NCBI RefSeq assembly: GCF_004010195.1
Contig: NC_057758.1
Coordinates: forward strand, 6,450,957 to 6,470,956
Length of the DNA stretch: 20,000 bases
DNA from: Chiloscyllium plagiosum
Lineage: Eukaryota
Direction of reading: 5' to 3'
Below are positions 19,595-20,000 of this stretch, piece by piece. A program made the translations under genes and the position numbers. Numbering within the stretch: the stretch's first letter is position 1; the number at the start of each line of letters is the position of its first letter. Below the pieces are notes generated by a model. It saw nothing but the letters and a program-made list of their open reading frames with translations, was not told where the DNA came from and did no database searches.

Positions 19595-20000
19595 GACCAG
19601 TTCAAAATACGTACAACACAGATGGCCTCCTTCTTCAAGGACCGCAATTTCCCCCCCGACGTGGTCGACGGTGCCCTCCACCGCATCTCCTCCACTTCCC
19701 GCTCCTCCGCCCTTGAGCCCCGCCCCCCCAACCGCCACCAGGACAGAACCCCACTGGTCCTCACCTACCACCCCACCAATCTCCATGTACAGCGCATCAT
19801 CCACCGTCACTTCCGCCACCTCCAAACAGACCCCAGCACCAAGGATATATTTCCCTCCCCACCCCTATCAGCTTTCCGTAGAGACCACTCCCTCCGCAAC
19901 TCCCTTGTCAGATCCACACCCCCCACCGACCCAACCTCCACTCCCGGCACCTTCCCTTGCAACCGCAGGAGGTGCAACACTTGCGCCCACACCCCCCCCC
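19595..20000 (+). mobile_element. Penelope-like element, 5'-truncated: RT thumb/linker up to the Cys motif preceding GIY-YIG; continues beyond the window
   Basis: Uninterrupted frame from 19595: DQFKIRTTQMASFFKDRNFPPDVVDGALHRIS...RTPLVLTYHPTNLHVQRIIHRHFRHLQTDPSTKDIFPSPPLSAFRRDHSLRNSLVRS...GTFPCNRRRCNTCAH. Confidence 0.95.

Noticed and set aside
19558..19992. Three minus-strand ORFs
   Set aside because: Antisense shadows of the C-rich Penelope ORF on the plus strand.

Overview
Eukaryotic, repeat-dominated genomic DNA, very likely from a cartilaginous fish (shark), judged from a HE1/V-SINE and shark-type CR1, Penelope, Tx1 and Rex/Babar fragments. No intact protein-coding gene is supportable: nearly all ORFs in the track are pieces or antisense shadows of retroelements, low-complexity DNA or the 500-N gap (7259-7758). 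Well supported: many nested CR1 LINE fragments of different ages, two blocks of one degenerate 54-bp tandem repeat about 18 kb apart, a diverged ~1.06-kb tandem duplication (5085-7258), a decayed tRNA-Asp pseudogene, a palindromic Penelope-derived element with hammerhead-like cores, and a young Penelope ORF running off the right edge. The most interesting signal is tentative. Several non-repeat islands carry ordered immunoglobulin/TCR V-domain motifs and recombination-signal-like sequences: YAQSVKGR(FT)...YY(R)+CACAGTG at 14.6-15.0 kb, a near-consensus RSS with a 13-bp spacer at 12725, and kappa-like motifs at 10.5 kb and in the duplicated unit. This may be a graveyard of decayed antigen-receptor V segments. 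The reading needs frameshifts and substitutions and has to be tested by homology search. Repeat boundaries are by eye and approximate.
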